The position numbers and the translations under genes were made by a program. A stretch of DNA of 64,000 nucleotides from Gammaproteobacteria bacterium (GTDB taxonomy: Bacteria; Pseudomonadota; Gammaproteobacteria; G965209235), in the NCBI GenBank assembly GCA_965209235.1, contig OZ242382.1:1263010-1327009 (forward strand), read 5' to 3'. Below, piece after piece: positions 46,179 to 56,008 of this stretch. Within the stretch, counting starts at the first letter, position 1; every line of letters begins with the position of its first letter. The notes under the pieces were generated by a model that ran no database searches, was not told the origin of the DNA, and saw only the letters and a program-made list of their open reading frames with translations.

Positions 46179-47178
46179 CGCTTCAGTGCACCGTTTAGCC
46201 GAAACGGCGAGCTGGCTCGCAACACATCAGCTCCGCAACGGATTCATCCCGTGGTATCCGGGTGGTCGCGGCGACATGTGGAATCACCTAGAGTGCGTGA
46301 TGGCGCTGGCGTCTTATGGCCATGGGCCGCAGGCGGTGCGTGGACTCGCGTTTGCGTCGCGCACGCAACGTGACAACGGCTCATGGCCTCTCGAATGGCT
46401 TGGCGATGGCACGGAAGTGGTCGGCGGTGCATCGCATCATGCCGCTTACTTTGCAGTTGCGCTTCACCACGTCGCTGCTGCGCTGGGTGATCACGATCTC
46501 GCGGGTCACTACTTGCCTGTGGCGCGCAAGGGGCTGGACTATGCGCTGTCTCTTCAGCGTCCCGACGGTGCAATGAACTGGGCCAGCGTTGGCGAGGCCA
46601 TATGGGACGTTCCGTTATTGATTGGCAATGCCTCGGTTAGTCTGGGTTTGGCGGTCGGTCACGTTGCCGAGCGCGCAGTGTCACCGAGAGATACGCCACG
46701 ATGCCAACGCTACGCGGCGGCGCGTGGCCGTCTGTGCGAGGCTCTGAATGATCGGAGTGGGTTTGACGCGGGGCACAGGGACCAAGTGAAGCATGCCATG
46801 CACTGGTATTACCCGTCCTTGTACGCCGGCAAGCCGCTCCCTGTCGAAGGCATCGATCGGTATGTGATGGATGGCTGTGGGTCGCGGTGCGTGGCTGATC
46901 AGCCGTGGGTGACGGCTGCGGAAACCGCTGAACTCACCATGGCACTTCGTCTGACACAAACATCTTCGCCGTGCGCGGATGACTTATTGGCGTGCATTGA
47001 ACAGATGCGCGACGATGATGGTGGCTACTGGACGGGCTGGCAGGTCGCGGCACAAACGCATTGGCCGGTACAAAAAACGACATGGACGGCGGCGGCTGTG
47101 TTGCTGGCTCACGACTTTGCATCAGGGGGGACCACGCGTGATACCTTCCTCATCAGTCGCAGTCAGAGTGATGAGTGA
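46168..47178 (+). CDS. Prenyltransferase/terpenoid-cyclase-like alpha/alpha-toroid protein (QW-type repeats)
   Basis: Repeated Q-x-x-(D/N)G-x-W-like motifs: QLRNGFIPW, QRDNGSWPL, QRPDGAMNW, MRDDDGGYWTGW. Overlaps the upstream methyltransferase stop. Confidence 0.65.
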   Translation: MRLSASVHRLAETASWLATHQLRNGFIPWYPGGRGDMWNHLECVMALASYGHGPQAVRGLAFASRTQRDNGSWPLEWLGDGTEVVGGASHHAAYFAVALHHVAAALGDHDLAGHYLPVARKGLDYALSLQRPDGAMNWASVGEAIWDVPLLIGNASVSLGLAVGHVAERAVSPRDTPRCQRYAAARGRLCEALNDRSGFDAGHRDQVKHAMHWYYPSLYAGKPLPVEGIDRYVMDGCGSRCVADQPWVTAAETAELTMALRLTQTSSPCADDLLACIEQMRDDDGGYWTGWQVAAQTHWPVQKTTWTAAAVLLAHDFASGGTTRDTFLISRSQSDE

Positions 47179-47208
47179 GCGCTGAGAGGCGAACATCCCA
47201 AGAATGGG

Positions 47209-47820
47209 TCAGACGTCGCAGAGGCGTTTGGCCACCTCCAGTGATTGGATGCGATCAACGACGGTCCATCTGTCGGACAACGCGCGTTGCCATGCGAGCC
47301 GAGGCGCTTGACCGCCGTCCTCTTCGCGGTGATAGATATCGTGCATCGCGACTAATCCGTCCGGTTTGACAAGCGGTAACCAAGTTGCGAGATCGTTGGT
47401 GGCAGCGATGGCCGAGTGTCCGCCATCAATGAATAGGAGGTCAATTTGGGGTCGAAGCAAGCCGCCAACGATCAACGACGGACCCACGACGGGAAATACC
47501 ACATCCGTTAACTCAGCGGCAGTGAGCGCGCGTCGTAAGTGTGGCAACGTATCGATGAGGCCAGACGGTTCGTCGAGAAGTTCGGGGTCGTGATACTGTT
47601 CCCCTGGCTGTTGTTCTTCGCTACCTCGGTGGTGATCCACCGTGATCACATAGGCTCCGGCTTCCTTGGCTCCTTGCCCGAGATAGACGGTCGATCGCCC
47701 GCAGTATGATCCGATTTCGACGATGGTTCCGCGGCGTGAAACGCCTTGCGCCAGTTGAAAAAGCGCGCGGCCTTCGGTTTGTGAAAAGAAGCCTTTAAGC
47801 AACTGTGGGTCAAGCGTCAT
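47209..47820 (-). CDS. Class I SAM-dependent methyltransferase (Methyltransf_24 / O-methyltransferase-like)
   Basis: IVEIGSYCGRSTVYL (motif I), DLLFIDGGH, and LVKPDGLVAMHD. Confidence 0.7.
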   Translation of the reverse strand: MTLDPQLLKGFFSQTEGRALFQLAQGVSRRGTIVEIGSYCGRSTVYLGQGAKEAGAYVITVDHHRGSEEQQPGEQYHDPELLDEPSGLIDTLPHLRRALTAAELTDVVFPVVGPSLIVGGLLRPQIDLLFIDGGHSAIAATNDLATWLPLVKPDGLVAMHDIYHREEDGGQAPRLAWQRALSDRWTVVDRIQSLEVAKRLCDV

Positions 47821-48736
47821 AAGGAGGAGGCAGTGACTGCCAGCCGAAGGCCTGAGCGACTTCTTTCAGCCCCGTATCTTTATTCAAGAAATACCGGTTG
47901 TAGTGCATGGACGTCGCTTCGGGATGTTGCGTGAACCAAGGGCGGTAAATCGCAGATAGCCACGCGCCGTAGTCGTCTGCTGTTTTTAGATCCGCGATCT
48001 CTGAGCGGTGAATCTCAAACAGAATGTCATCCCCCATGCGTTGGTAGGCCATCGCAACAATCGGGACGTTCGCTTTGGTCGCCAGGCGGTAGGGCGAATC
48101 CACAACGTCATATGGTCGTGGCGCAAAGGCCAGTGATGCCCGGCGTTTGTCAACATCCCAAGCCTTGATGTCGTTGGCAATGGTCACGACGCGGTGATCG
48201 GCTATCGCTCGCCGCGCTTGCCGCAGATCTTTGAGATAGATGATCTCGCAGACTTGCTCAAACTGACTCCATACCCATGATGTCATGGAACTGCGTCCAC
48301 CCTGCCGAGCCAGTAACACTGGCTTGATGCCAGTCTCTTCGTAGATCACGCGAAAACACGCGAAGCTACAGAGTTGAGCCATGGGCGAATGGATGCCCGT
48401 GAACAGGGCTCCAGCCCGCGCGCACTCGAGAATGCGCCTCTTCGTATCGCCGGTCATGACAACTCTTTTCGTGAGATCAATTCTGTCGCGAAACAAGATC
48501 CCAACCGCATGCAGAATCTGCTCGTTGTAGCGCGCGTGGCACACAAACCGGTACCACAGCGATGCTCCCGGAAACAGGATGCGTCCGTTGCGCAAGGCAA
48601 AGACCCACCGTTTGAAGATCAGCGGGAACGTCAGCACGACCAGCCCCCACCGCATGGCGTGGCCATGCGGGCCTGCCAGTGCAGCAAAAAAGCTCGCGCC
48701 AAACGGGTCGGACGCGGGTGACGACGGTTGTGTCAT
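47810..48736 (-). CDS. Hypothetical protein, possibly an LpxL/HtrB-type (lysophospholipid acyltransferase superfamily) acyltransferase
   Basis: Family-like length, hydrophobic N-terminus and layout: ALFTGIHSPMAQL versus the xxxGxHxGNWE region, and VVTIANDIKA...PYRLATKANVPIVAM versus the DQ...A...LA...PVV region. The HX4D motif reads HX4Q. Weak, by eye only. Confidence 0.35.
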   Translation of the reverse strand: MTQPSSPASDPFGASFFAALAGPHGHAMRWGLVVLTFPLIFKRWVFALRNGRILFPGASLWYRFVCHARYNEQILHAVGILFRDRIDLTKRVVMTGDTKRRILECARAGALFTGIHSPMAQLCSFACFRVIYEETGIKPVLLARQGGRSSMTSWVWSQFEQVCEIIYLKDLRQARRAIADHRVVTIANDIKAWDVDKRRASLAFAPRPYDVVDSPYRLATKANVPIVAMAYQRMGDDILFEIHRSEIADLKTADDYGAWLSAIYRPWFTQHPEATSMHYNRYFLNKDTGLKEVAQAFGWQSLPPPYDA

Positions 48737-48742
48737 CGTGGG

Positions 48743-50344
48743 TTAGGAGTTGGCGTTGATCCCCAGCACATCAAGCATATGCGCTTTGATGCCGTTGTAG
48801 TCCGCCTTGCCGTTATCGGCGCGCAAGGGAAGTTCAGAGGCCATGATGCGTTTGGGGATCTTGTAGTCCGCCAAATGATCACGGCAAAACGTCCTAACAT
48901 CTCCTTCATCGACGGGACCAGCGCTTGGAATGATCGCTGCGATGACAGCGTTGCCAAATCGCGGGTCAGGCACGCCAATCACCAAGCAGTCTTCGATCTG
49001 TGGATGCTGCTTGACAGCTTCTTCCACTTCTTCGGGGTAAATCTTCTCCCCAGCCGAGTTAATGCAAACGCTGCCGCGGCCCACCAGTTGGATCGTGTCC
49101 TGATCAAGCACGCGACACCAGTCGCCAGGGATGGAATACCGGACACCGTCGATGGTTTTAAAGACAGTGGCTGATTTCACCTCGTCTTTGTAGTAGCCGA
49201 GCGGAATCGTCCCAGAGACAGCAATAAATCCGAGGGTGTCACTGCCTGGGTTCACCTCCTTGAAGTCTTCGGTAAAGACCTTGGTGTTTTTCCCCTTGTT
49301 GAAGATCGATGTTTTGGCTTTCCCGTTTTGATCGGTGACTGAGCTTCCAAAGCCAAGCCCTTCAGACGCTCCAAACGTGTCTACCAACATGCAATTGGGG
49401 ACATGTTCCAAGAATGCTTGTTTCACGGGTTCAGACCACATCACACCGGAACTCACCATGCGCTGCAGCTTCGACAAGTCGTACTGAGATCCATTGGCAT
49501 TGAGCTCATCCACAAAGGGCTTGCAAAACGCATCGCCCACGATGGCCATCTCTGTGACGTCATGCCGCGTCACTTCAGCTAGGATGCGGCCAGCGTCAAA
49601 TTTCGCAATTTCCGGCACCACTTCGGCGCCGCCCATCGACATGCATCCCACGGCGGTAAACATGCCTGTTCCATGCATCAATGGGCATGCGGGAAGGTGT
49701 CGGGTCTGAGAATCGGGATCAATGACATCCATTAGTCCGCTCAGTGTCTCTGGTGCAGCGGTTCCCAAAACAGCCGCGGCGCCATTGAGGATGCCTTGAT
49801 GTTCCCAGATGACGCCTTTGGGCATCCCCGTTGTGCCGCCTGTGTAGAGGAACAACTGGTCTTCGGGAGAGCGCTTGATGTCAAGCTTATTGGCGCTTTG
49901 ACCCGCCATCATTGCCTCTAAGGAGTGCGCCCACTGAGGCGGGTCACCTGCGACTTGGACGAGGGTTGTCAGCTTCGGGAGAGAGCCCCGGATGCGGTCA
50001 ACGCGCTCAGCGTACTCCGGCGCAAACAACAGTACCTCGGCATCGGAGTTGTCCAAGATGTACGTGAGTTCTTTCTCGATGTAGCGATAGTTCAAGTTGA
50101 CGTGCGTCAACCTCGCTTTGAAACAGCCAACCATACCTTCGACGTACGCCGGGCAGTTGCGCATATAGAAGCCCACTTTGGCGCGAGGTTGATGCCCTTC
50201 CGCCATCAAAGCTCGAGCGAGCTGGTTGGTGCGATCTGAGAAGGTTTTCCACGTGTCCATCCGGTCGCCGGAGAGAATCGCCGGCCGACTTGGGTTGACG
50301 TGGTCAGCTAATGCATCGAAGATGTCACCGTAATTAAATTTCAT
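48743..50344 (-). CDS. AMP-forming acyl-CoA synthetase / fatty-acid ligase family protein
   Basis: AMP-binding motif LFLYTGGTTGMPKGVIW, with GDW and the C-terminal KxxxR region. The start at 50344 (MKFNYGD) has GGGAG 5 nt upstream; the ORF extends to 50365. Confidence 0.9.
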   Translation of the reverse strand: MKFNYGDIFDALADHVNPSRPAILSGDRMDTWKTFSDRTNQLARALMAEGHQPRAKVGFYMRNCPAYVEGMVGCFKARLTHVNLNYRYIEKELTYILDNSDAEVLLFAPEYAERVDRIRGSLPKLTTLVQVAGDPPQWAHSLEAMMAGQSANKLDIKRSPEDQLFLYTGGTTGMPKGVIWEHQGILNGAAAVLGTAAPETLSGLMDVIDPDSQTRHLPACPLMHGTGMFTAVGCMSMGGAEVVPEIAKFDAGRILAEVTRHDVTEMAIVGDAFCKPFVDELNANGSQYDLSKLQRMVSSGVMWSEPVKQAFLEHVPNCMLVDTFGASEGLGFGSSVTDQNGKAKTSIFNKGKNTKVFTEDFKEVNPGSDTLGFIAVSGTIPLGYYKDEVKSATVFKTIDGVRYSIPGDWCRVLDQDTIQLVGRGSVCINSAGEKIYPEEVEEAVKQHPQIEDCLVIGVPDPRFGNAVIAAIIPSAGPVDEGDVRTFCRDHLADYKIPKRIMASELPLRADNGKADYNGIKAHMLDVLGINANS

Positions 50345-50393
50345 GGCTGCTCCCGTTGAAGGCACGCGAAATCAGTTGCACACAACCAATATC

Positions 50394-51380
50394 GTGCAAC
50401 GTTCTAGTCTAGCACAACAGGGGACCGGCATCCTCTCTGCCATCGCGCTGATCGGACCGACTGCCATCGGGAAGACGGCGATCGCCCACGCACTGGCCGA
50501 AACGTATCCGGTCGAGATTGTGAGCCTCGATAGCGGGATGGTGTACCGTGGCATGGACATCGGAACAGCCAAGCCAACGCACTGCGAAATCCGCGAGTAC
50601 CGCTATCACGGCATCGACATCGCGGATCCATGGCGTCCTTTCAGCGCCGCTGACTATTGGCGGACGGCCGTGACTGCTTGCGCCGCGTGCGTGTCGCGCG
50701 GCCGAATTCCGTTGCTCGTGGGTGGTGCCATGTTTTGGTTACGCGTGGGGCTGGGAGCGGTTGATGACTTGCCGCCGACATCAGAGCCGATCCGCGCGCG
50801 GTGGGCTGGATTCCTGCATCAACACGGCGTCGCGGTTGCCCATCAAGAACTAACGCGTCGAAACCCAAAACGGGCGATGGAGCTGTCGCCGGCAGATCGT
50901 CAGCGCATCCAAAGAGCGCTTGAGTTAGAGGATCTCAAGCTGGCGCCGCCAGCACAGACTGTGACGTTAAACGCTTTGCTATCTCGACTGCATATTCGCG
51001 TGATCGGCGTGATGCCGTGCGATCGCGCGCAACTGCATCGTGCGGTGGAGGCACGGCTCAAGACGATGTGGACGGATGGTCTATTGGACGAAGCCAAGCG
51101 ACTTCATGGGTTGCTCGATCCCGCTGTTCATAGCGCGGCACGGTTAATTGGATATCGCCAGATTTGGCCCCTAATTGACGGTACGTCAACATATGAGCAG
51201 TGGCTGCACACGTCTTTGGTAGCCACGCGCAGATACGTGAAGCATCAACTCACGTGGATGAGGTCGCTAAATGACGCGTCTCTCACGGCGGAGCCGGATG
51301 CGCTGGCTATGATTGGGGCAGAGATTCAACGATTGAGAGACCGCTCTGAGCACATCCGGAACCCCGACAGCATTGACTGA
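50394..51380 (+). CDS. miaA: tRNA dimethylallyltransferase MiaA (start uncertain, ORF opens at 50343)
   Basis: P-loop LIGPTAIGKTAIA, SLDSGMVYRGMDIGTAKPT, and GGAMFW. Confidence 0.9.
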   Translation: MQRSSLAQQGTGILSAIALIGPTAIGKTAIAHALAETYPVEIVSLDSGMVYRGMDIGTAKPTHCEIREYRYHGIDIADPWRPFSAADYWRTAVTACAACVSRGRIPLLVGGAMFWLRVGLGAVDDLPPTSEPIRARWAGFLHQHGVAVAHQELTRRNPKRAMELSPADRQRIQRALELEDLKLAPPAQTVTLNALLSRLHIRVIGVMPCDRAQLHRAVEARLKTMWTDGLLDEAKRLHGLLDPAVHSAARLIGYRQIWPLIDGTSTYEQWLHTSLVATRRYVKHQLTWMRSLNDASLTAEPDALAMIGAEIQRLRDRSEHIRNPDSID

Positions 51381-52512
51381 AACGCCATCCATCATCTTGG
51401 TAACGCAGCGGCAGACTTCGAGTCAGAAGACCAAAGACAAGATTGGTGAACTTGTGGAACTCGCTGTGTCGGCCGGCTACAGAGTGGCCAAAGTCATTGC
51501 CGCACCGCGCCGTCCGCCATCGCCATCAACCTATTTTTCCCGTGGCATCGTGGAACAGATTGATGTGGCGCTGACCGAGTTCACGCACGCGGAACAACCT
51601 ATTGCGGCCGTTCTTGTGGGCGAGGATCTCAGAAGTTCGCAAGAGCGGACGCTCAGCGAAACATTGAAGACGAAGGTTGTGGACCGCACGGGACTGATTC
51701 TCAATGTGTTTTCGAGGCATGCTGGGTCTGAGGAAGGAAAAATCGAGGTCGAGATCGCACGCCTTGACTACGAGGGCTCTCGGTTAGCGGGCCGTTGGAC
51801 ACACCTTGAGCGGCAGCGGGGTGGAATCGGGGTGAGAGGTGGCCCTGGAGAACGGCAGATCGACTTGGACAGGCACGAAATGCGCCGTCGTCGTCAACGG
51901 CTGCAGAAGAAACTGACATCGGTGGCGTCGCAACGAGCTGTGGCACGGCGTTCTCGCAGTGCTGGTCGTCGCCCCGTGGTGGCGCTGGTGGGATACACCA
52001 ATGCGGGGAAATCCAGTCTGTTTCGCTGGTTATCAGCAGCGGATGTTGTCATTGACGATCGTATGTTCGCCACGCTTGATACGCGCATGCGCCGGACATG
52101 GATTCCCGCATTTGGAGAAATCATCCTCGTTGACACCGTGGGATTGATTCAGGACCTCCCCAAAGGCTTGGCTAAGGCGTTTGCTGCAACGTTTGAAGAG
52201 GTAACAGCAGCGGATGTGATCGTGCAAGTCAGTGAGTGCGGTCATCCTCGCGAAGATGACAGGCACCAAGAAACACTGAGTTGGCTTGAGACGCTGCAAT
52301 TGGGGTCGCGTCCGTACGTTTTGGTAAGGTCAAAGGTGGATCTCATTTGCAGTTCGACATCAGCGCGCCGCATGACACGTGGTCACACGGTCTGGGTCTC
52401 AGCCGAGCGCGGTTGGAATAAGGAAGCATTGGGCCGGGCGATAGCAGTTGGATTGCTAGAATCTGGGTATCTGCCATCTGATACGGTTTCATCCGTGTCA
52501 GATGTCGCTTAG
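51373..52512 (+). CDS. hflX: GTPase HflX (TTG start overlapping miaA stop)
   Basis: HflX N-domain (DRTGLILNVFSRHA, GGIGVRGGPGERQIDLDR). G1 GYTNAGKSSLF, G3 DTVG. Confidence 0.9.
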   Translation: MTETPSIILVTQRQTSSQKTKDKIGELVELAVSAGYRVAKVIAAPRRPPSPSTYFSRGIVEQIDVALTEFTHAEQPIAAVLVGEDLRSSQERTLSETLKTKVVDRTGLILNVFSRHAGSEEGKIEVEIARLDYEGSRLAGRWTHLERQRGGIGVRGGPGERQIDLDRHEMRRRRQRLQKKLTSVASQRAVARRSRSAGRRPVVALVGYTNAGKSSLFRWLSAADVVIDDRMFATLDTRMRRTWIPAFGEIILVDTVGLIQDLPKGLAKAFAATFEEVTAADVIVQVSECGHPREDDRHQETLSWLETLQLGSRPYVLVRSKVDLICSSTSARRMTRGHTVWVSAERGWNKEALGRAIAVGLLESGYLPSDTVSSVSDVA

Positions 52513-52529
52513 CGTTGTACTCAAGTCGC

Positions 52530-53747
52530 ATGTCAAACATGACCGCCGAAGGGCGCGCACGGCCAACCCATGCCGCACAGGACCGCAATAACTGGGGCGA
52601 TCAAGGCCCACCCAGTCTTGATGAAGTCGTCAAGCGGCTCAAGGAAGTGTTAGGGCGCTCGCAAGAACGCCGCGCTTCCGGTGACAAGGGGACTGGCTCA
52701 GGGATGCCCACGGGCGGATCGCGCAAGTTCGATAACTTGGTGCTCATTGGCGTCGGTGTCGTAATGGCCATCCTGTATTCAGTGATGAGCCTGTACACGT
52801 TGACACAGCAGGAGCAAGCCGTGATCTTGAGGTTGGGTAAGTTCCATACCGTGAACGGACCTGGGCTGCATTTCAACCCGTGGCTGATTGATCAACGATT
52901 CAAGCACAACGTGACGCAGGTGCATGACATGCACCACACCGCAAGGATGTTGACGCGCGATGAAAACCTTGTTGTGCTGGATGTGAGCGTGCAGTACCGC
53001 ATCGGCGAGATTTCCGATTACGTGCTGAAGATCGCTAACCCTGAGGAAAGTCTTCACCAAGCGCTTGAAGCGGCGTTGCGTCATGTTGTGGGGGTCACCA
53101 CGATGGACGACATCGTCGCTGGTGGTGGCGTGGCTGACGTTGCGATTGAAACTGCTCAACGGATGCAGAGTTACTTGGATGACTACCACGCCGGCTTGAC
53201 GGTGACGAAAGTCAACGTCTCAAGCGCAACAGCTCCGCGGGAAGTTCAAGATGCGTTTGATGACGTGATCAAGGCTCGCGAAGACAAAGAGCGTTTCCGT
53301 AACACGGCTGAAGCGTATGCCAACCGCATGCTGCCAGAGGCTCGGGGTCGTTCGAAGCGCATCACAGAAGAGGCACGCGCTTATGCCGCTGACCTTTTGG
53401 GCCGCGCTCGCGGTGACGCTTCACGGTTCATTCAGCTCTACGAGGCGTACTCGCGTGCACCCAAGGTCACGTGGACACGACTCCATCTGGAAGCAGTTGA
53501 GAGTGTGTTTCGCAAACTCGGCAAGGTCGTAATTGATACCGAAGGTACGAGTTTGGTGTATGTTCCCATTGATCGGCTCTCGCAGCAATCGTCAGGAACA
53601 TCGATTCCTAACGAGTTACCGCGCATTGCCCCGACGTCGTCAACGTCACCGCCGCCAGGCGCATTGGGCACGGTCCTCGATAGTGTGAGCGATGCCTTAA
53701 ATCGTCGTGCGACCGTATCAGAAACGACCGTTGGACGGGGCCGGTAA
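52530..53747 (+). CDS. hflK: Protease modulator HflK (SPFH domain)
   Basis: N-terminal GDQGPPSLDEVVKRL, a TM segment, a prohibitin/SPFH domain, and synteny with hflX and hflC. Confidence 0.9.
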   Translation: MSNMTAEGRARPTHAAQDRNNWGDQGPPSLDEVVKRLKEVLGRSQERRASGDKGTGSGMPTGGSRKFDNLVLIGVGVVMAILYSVMSLYTLTQQEQAVILRLGKFHTVNGPGLHFNPWLIDQRFKHNVTQVHDMHHTARMLTRDENLVVLDVSVQYRIGEISDYVLKIANPEESLHQALEAALRHVVGVTTMDDIVAGGGVADVAIETAQRMQSYLDDYHAGLTVTKVNVSSATAPREVQDAFDDVIKAREDKERFRNTAEAYANRMLPEARGRSKRITEEARAYAADLLGRARGDASRFIQLYEAYSRAPKVTWTRLHLEAVESVFRKLGKVVIDTEGTSLVYVPIDRLSQQSSGTSIPNELPRIAPTSSTSPPPGALGTVLDSVSDALNRRATVSETTVGRGR

Positions 53748-54637
53748 TGATTGATAAAAAGTTTCGTGACACCGTCATCGTCGTTACCGTTATTGGCCTG
53801 CTGATCTTACTCGGCAATGGTCTGTTCATCGTTCGCGATTACGAACAAGCGGTTGTCTTGCGTTTTGGGAAGCTGGTTCGACCATCCGTTGATCCGGGGC
53901 TCCACATCAAGGTTCCCTTCGCTGATACGGCGCGGATTTTTGATGGCCGTGTGTTGACCACGCTGGTGGATGACCGGACCTACCTGACTGAAGAGAAGAA
54001 GCGGCTGGTGGTCGACAGTTTCTCGAAATGGCGCATTCGCGATGTCCAACAGTACTACGAAGCGACCGGTGGCTTGCTGACTCGGGCGGAACGTTTGATT
54101 TCTCAACGTGTCGACTCGGGCCTGCGCAACCAGTTTGCGGATCGGACCCTTCGCGATGTAATCTCGAGCGAACGCGAACAGCTCATGCAGGACCTGCTTG
54201 CGGATGTGTCAGGCGTGTTGGAGCGAGAGCTCGGTGTTGAGATGGTAGACATTCGCGTCAAAGCGATTGAGCTGCCACCGAACGTGACCGACTCGGTGTT
54301 TCAACGGATGCGTGCAGAACGCGTGCGTCTTGCTGAACAAGCGCGGGCCGAGGGGACAGAAATCTCTGAGGAGATTAGGGCCAGAGCGGAACGTGGTCGC
54401 GCAGAGCTTCTAGCTGACGCATTTGAAGCAGCCGAGCGGATTCGTGGAGCAGCTGATGCGGAGGCGGCTGACGTCTATGCCAACGCGTATGGCAGAGATC
54501 CTGAGTTCTATAAGTTTCATCGCACCTTGAAACTGTATGAAGCCAGTTTCGTCGAATGGCGAGATGTGCTTGTGCTCGATGGTGATATGCCTCACTTGCG
54601 CTATTTACTTAGTGATCCGAACGAAGACGACCGTTAA
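53747..54637 (+). CDS. hflC: Protease modulator HflC (SPFH domain)
   Basis: TM segment plus SPFH domain (VVLRFGK, RAERVRLAEQARAEG). TAATG overlap with hflK. Confidence 0.9.
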   Translation: MIDKKFRDTVIVVTVIGLLILLGNGLFIVRDYEQAVVLRFGKLVRPSVDPGLHIKVPFADTARIFDGRVLTTLVDDRTYLTEEKKRLVVDSFSKWRIRDVQQYYEATGGLLTRAERLISQRVDSGLRNQFADRTLRDVISSEREQLMQDLLADVSGVLERELGVEMVDIRVKAIELPPNVTDSVFQRMRAERVRLAEQARAEGTEISEEIRARAERGRAELLADAFEAAERIRGAADAEAADVYANAYGRDPEFYKFHRTLKLYEASFVEWRDVLVLDGDMPHLRYLLSDPNEDDR

Positions 54638-54643
54638 GGGCGA

Positions 54644-56008
54644 ATGGCTGTGACCGATCACCGGCACAACAAAGCGTCAGGACTTCAAATAGTTGGCGCC
54701 CAATGGGGCGATGAGGGGAAGGGCAAACTTTCTCATGCGTTGAGTTATCACGCTGACTACTGCGTTCGGTACCATGGCGGTGCGAACGCAGGACACTCCA
54801 TCAAGCCGCGCGATGGCACATCTATGGTGCTTCACTTGGTGCCTTGCGGGATCATGCATGAGGACGTGCACTGTCTCATCGGACGCGGCACGGTGTTGGA
54901 CATTGACCGGTTAACGGATGAAGTCCAAAAACTAGACGCTATGCGACCAGATCTGCGCGTGCGATCGCGTCTTGCTGTGTCGTATGCATGCCCTGTGGTT
55001 CTCCCGTGGCATGTCGCTGTTGATGAAGCTGTGGATGACAGCACCGCCTCGCTGGGCACAACCCGAAGGGGCATTGGGCCGGTGATGGAAGACCGGGCAG
55101 CGCGCCGTGCAGTTCGTGTGGGTGATTGTTTCAAACCTGACGACCTCAAGGCGCGATTACAGCAGATTTCGAATCGTTATAACGTCATCCTTAAGCATCA
55201 GTACAACGAAAACACAATTTCGATGATGTCGGTGTATGATGCGGTTATGACAGCATTTGACTCGAATGTCAAAGATCTGGTGACAGACGATGAGGCGTAC
55301 ATGCGCGATCGTGTGATCGGCGCAACGGCGGTCTATGAAGGCGCGCAAGGAGCGATGCTGGATCTGGACTTTGGCACATGGCCGTATGTCACCAGCACAA
55401 ATACCATGCCGTTTGATCTCGCGCGTGGTGTTGGCTACGATGGTTCACATGTCGTGGGGCACACGTTGCTCGTGGCCAAAGCCTATGTCACGCGAGTTGG
55501 CGTGGGGCCGCTTCCCACCACGATGGATGATGATGTCGGATCCATGATTGCGGAAAAAGGGAAAGAGTGGGGAGCATCGACTGGTCGCGCCCGTCGTATT
55601 GGATGGTTGGACATCCCCTTACTACGGCACGTTGTTGACAAGACAGCCCGCGCGTCGCTCGCCCTCACAAAAGCAGATGTCCTTTCGGACCTGAAGACAG
55701 TCAAGGTTTGCGTGGGATACGATGGCGTTGAAGCGGGTAAGAGCCCGTCTTTGATGTCGTTGCAACCAGAGACTCATGGGCTTCGTCCGATCTACCGTGA
55801 GTTCGAAGGTTGGGGAGATTTGACCCAAGCGACGAGCTATGCGGATCTCGATTCGCGATTTCGCGTGTTTGTTGATTTTCTGGAAGATGAGCTCCAGATC
55901 CCGGTCTCGTTGATCTCCAACGGTCCAGAAGAGCGGGCGTTGTTAGAAACTCCTCATGTCGCACAACTCGTCCGGTCGTATATGACGTCCAGCCGGTCTC
56001 GTGAGTAG
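54644..56008 (+). CDS. purA: Adenylosuccinate synthetase
   Basis: GAQWGDEGKGK P-loop, GTTRRGIGP, GKEWGASTGRARR, and position after hflC. Confidence 0.95.
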   Translation: MAVTDHRHNKASGLQIVGAQWGDEGKGKLSHALSYHADYCVRYHGGANAGHSIKPRDGTSMVLHLVPCGIMHEDVHCLIGRGTVLDIDRLTDEVQKLDAMRPDLRVRSRLAVSYACPVVLPWHVAVDEAVDDSTASLGTTRRGIGPVMEDRAARRAVRVGDCFKPDDLKARLQQISNRYNVILKHQYNENTISMMSVYDAVMTAFDSNVKDLVTDDEAYMRDRVIGATAVYEGAQGAMLDLDFGTWPYVTSTNTMPFDLARGVGYDGSHVVGHTLLVAKAYVTRVGVGPLPTTMDDDVGSMIAEKGKEWGASTGRARRIGWLDIPLLRHVVDKTARASLALTKADVLSDLKTVKVCVGYDGVEAGKSPSLMSLQPETHGLRPIYREFEGWGDLTQATSYADLDSRFRVFVDFLEDELQIPVSLISNGPEERALLETPHVAQLVRSYMTSSRSRE

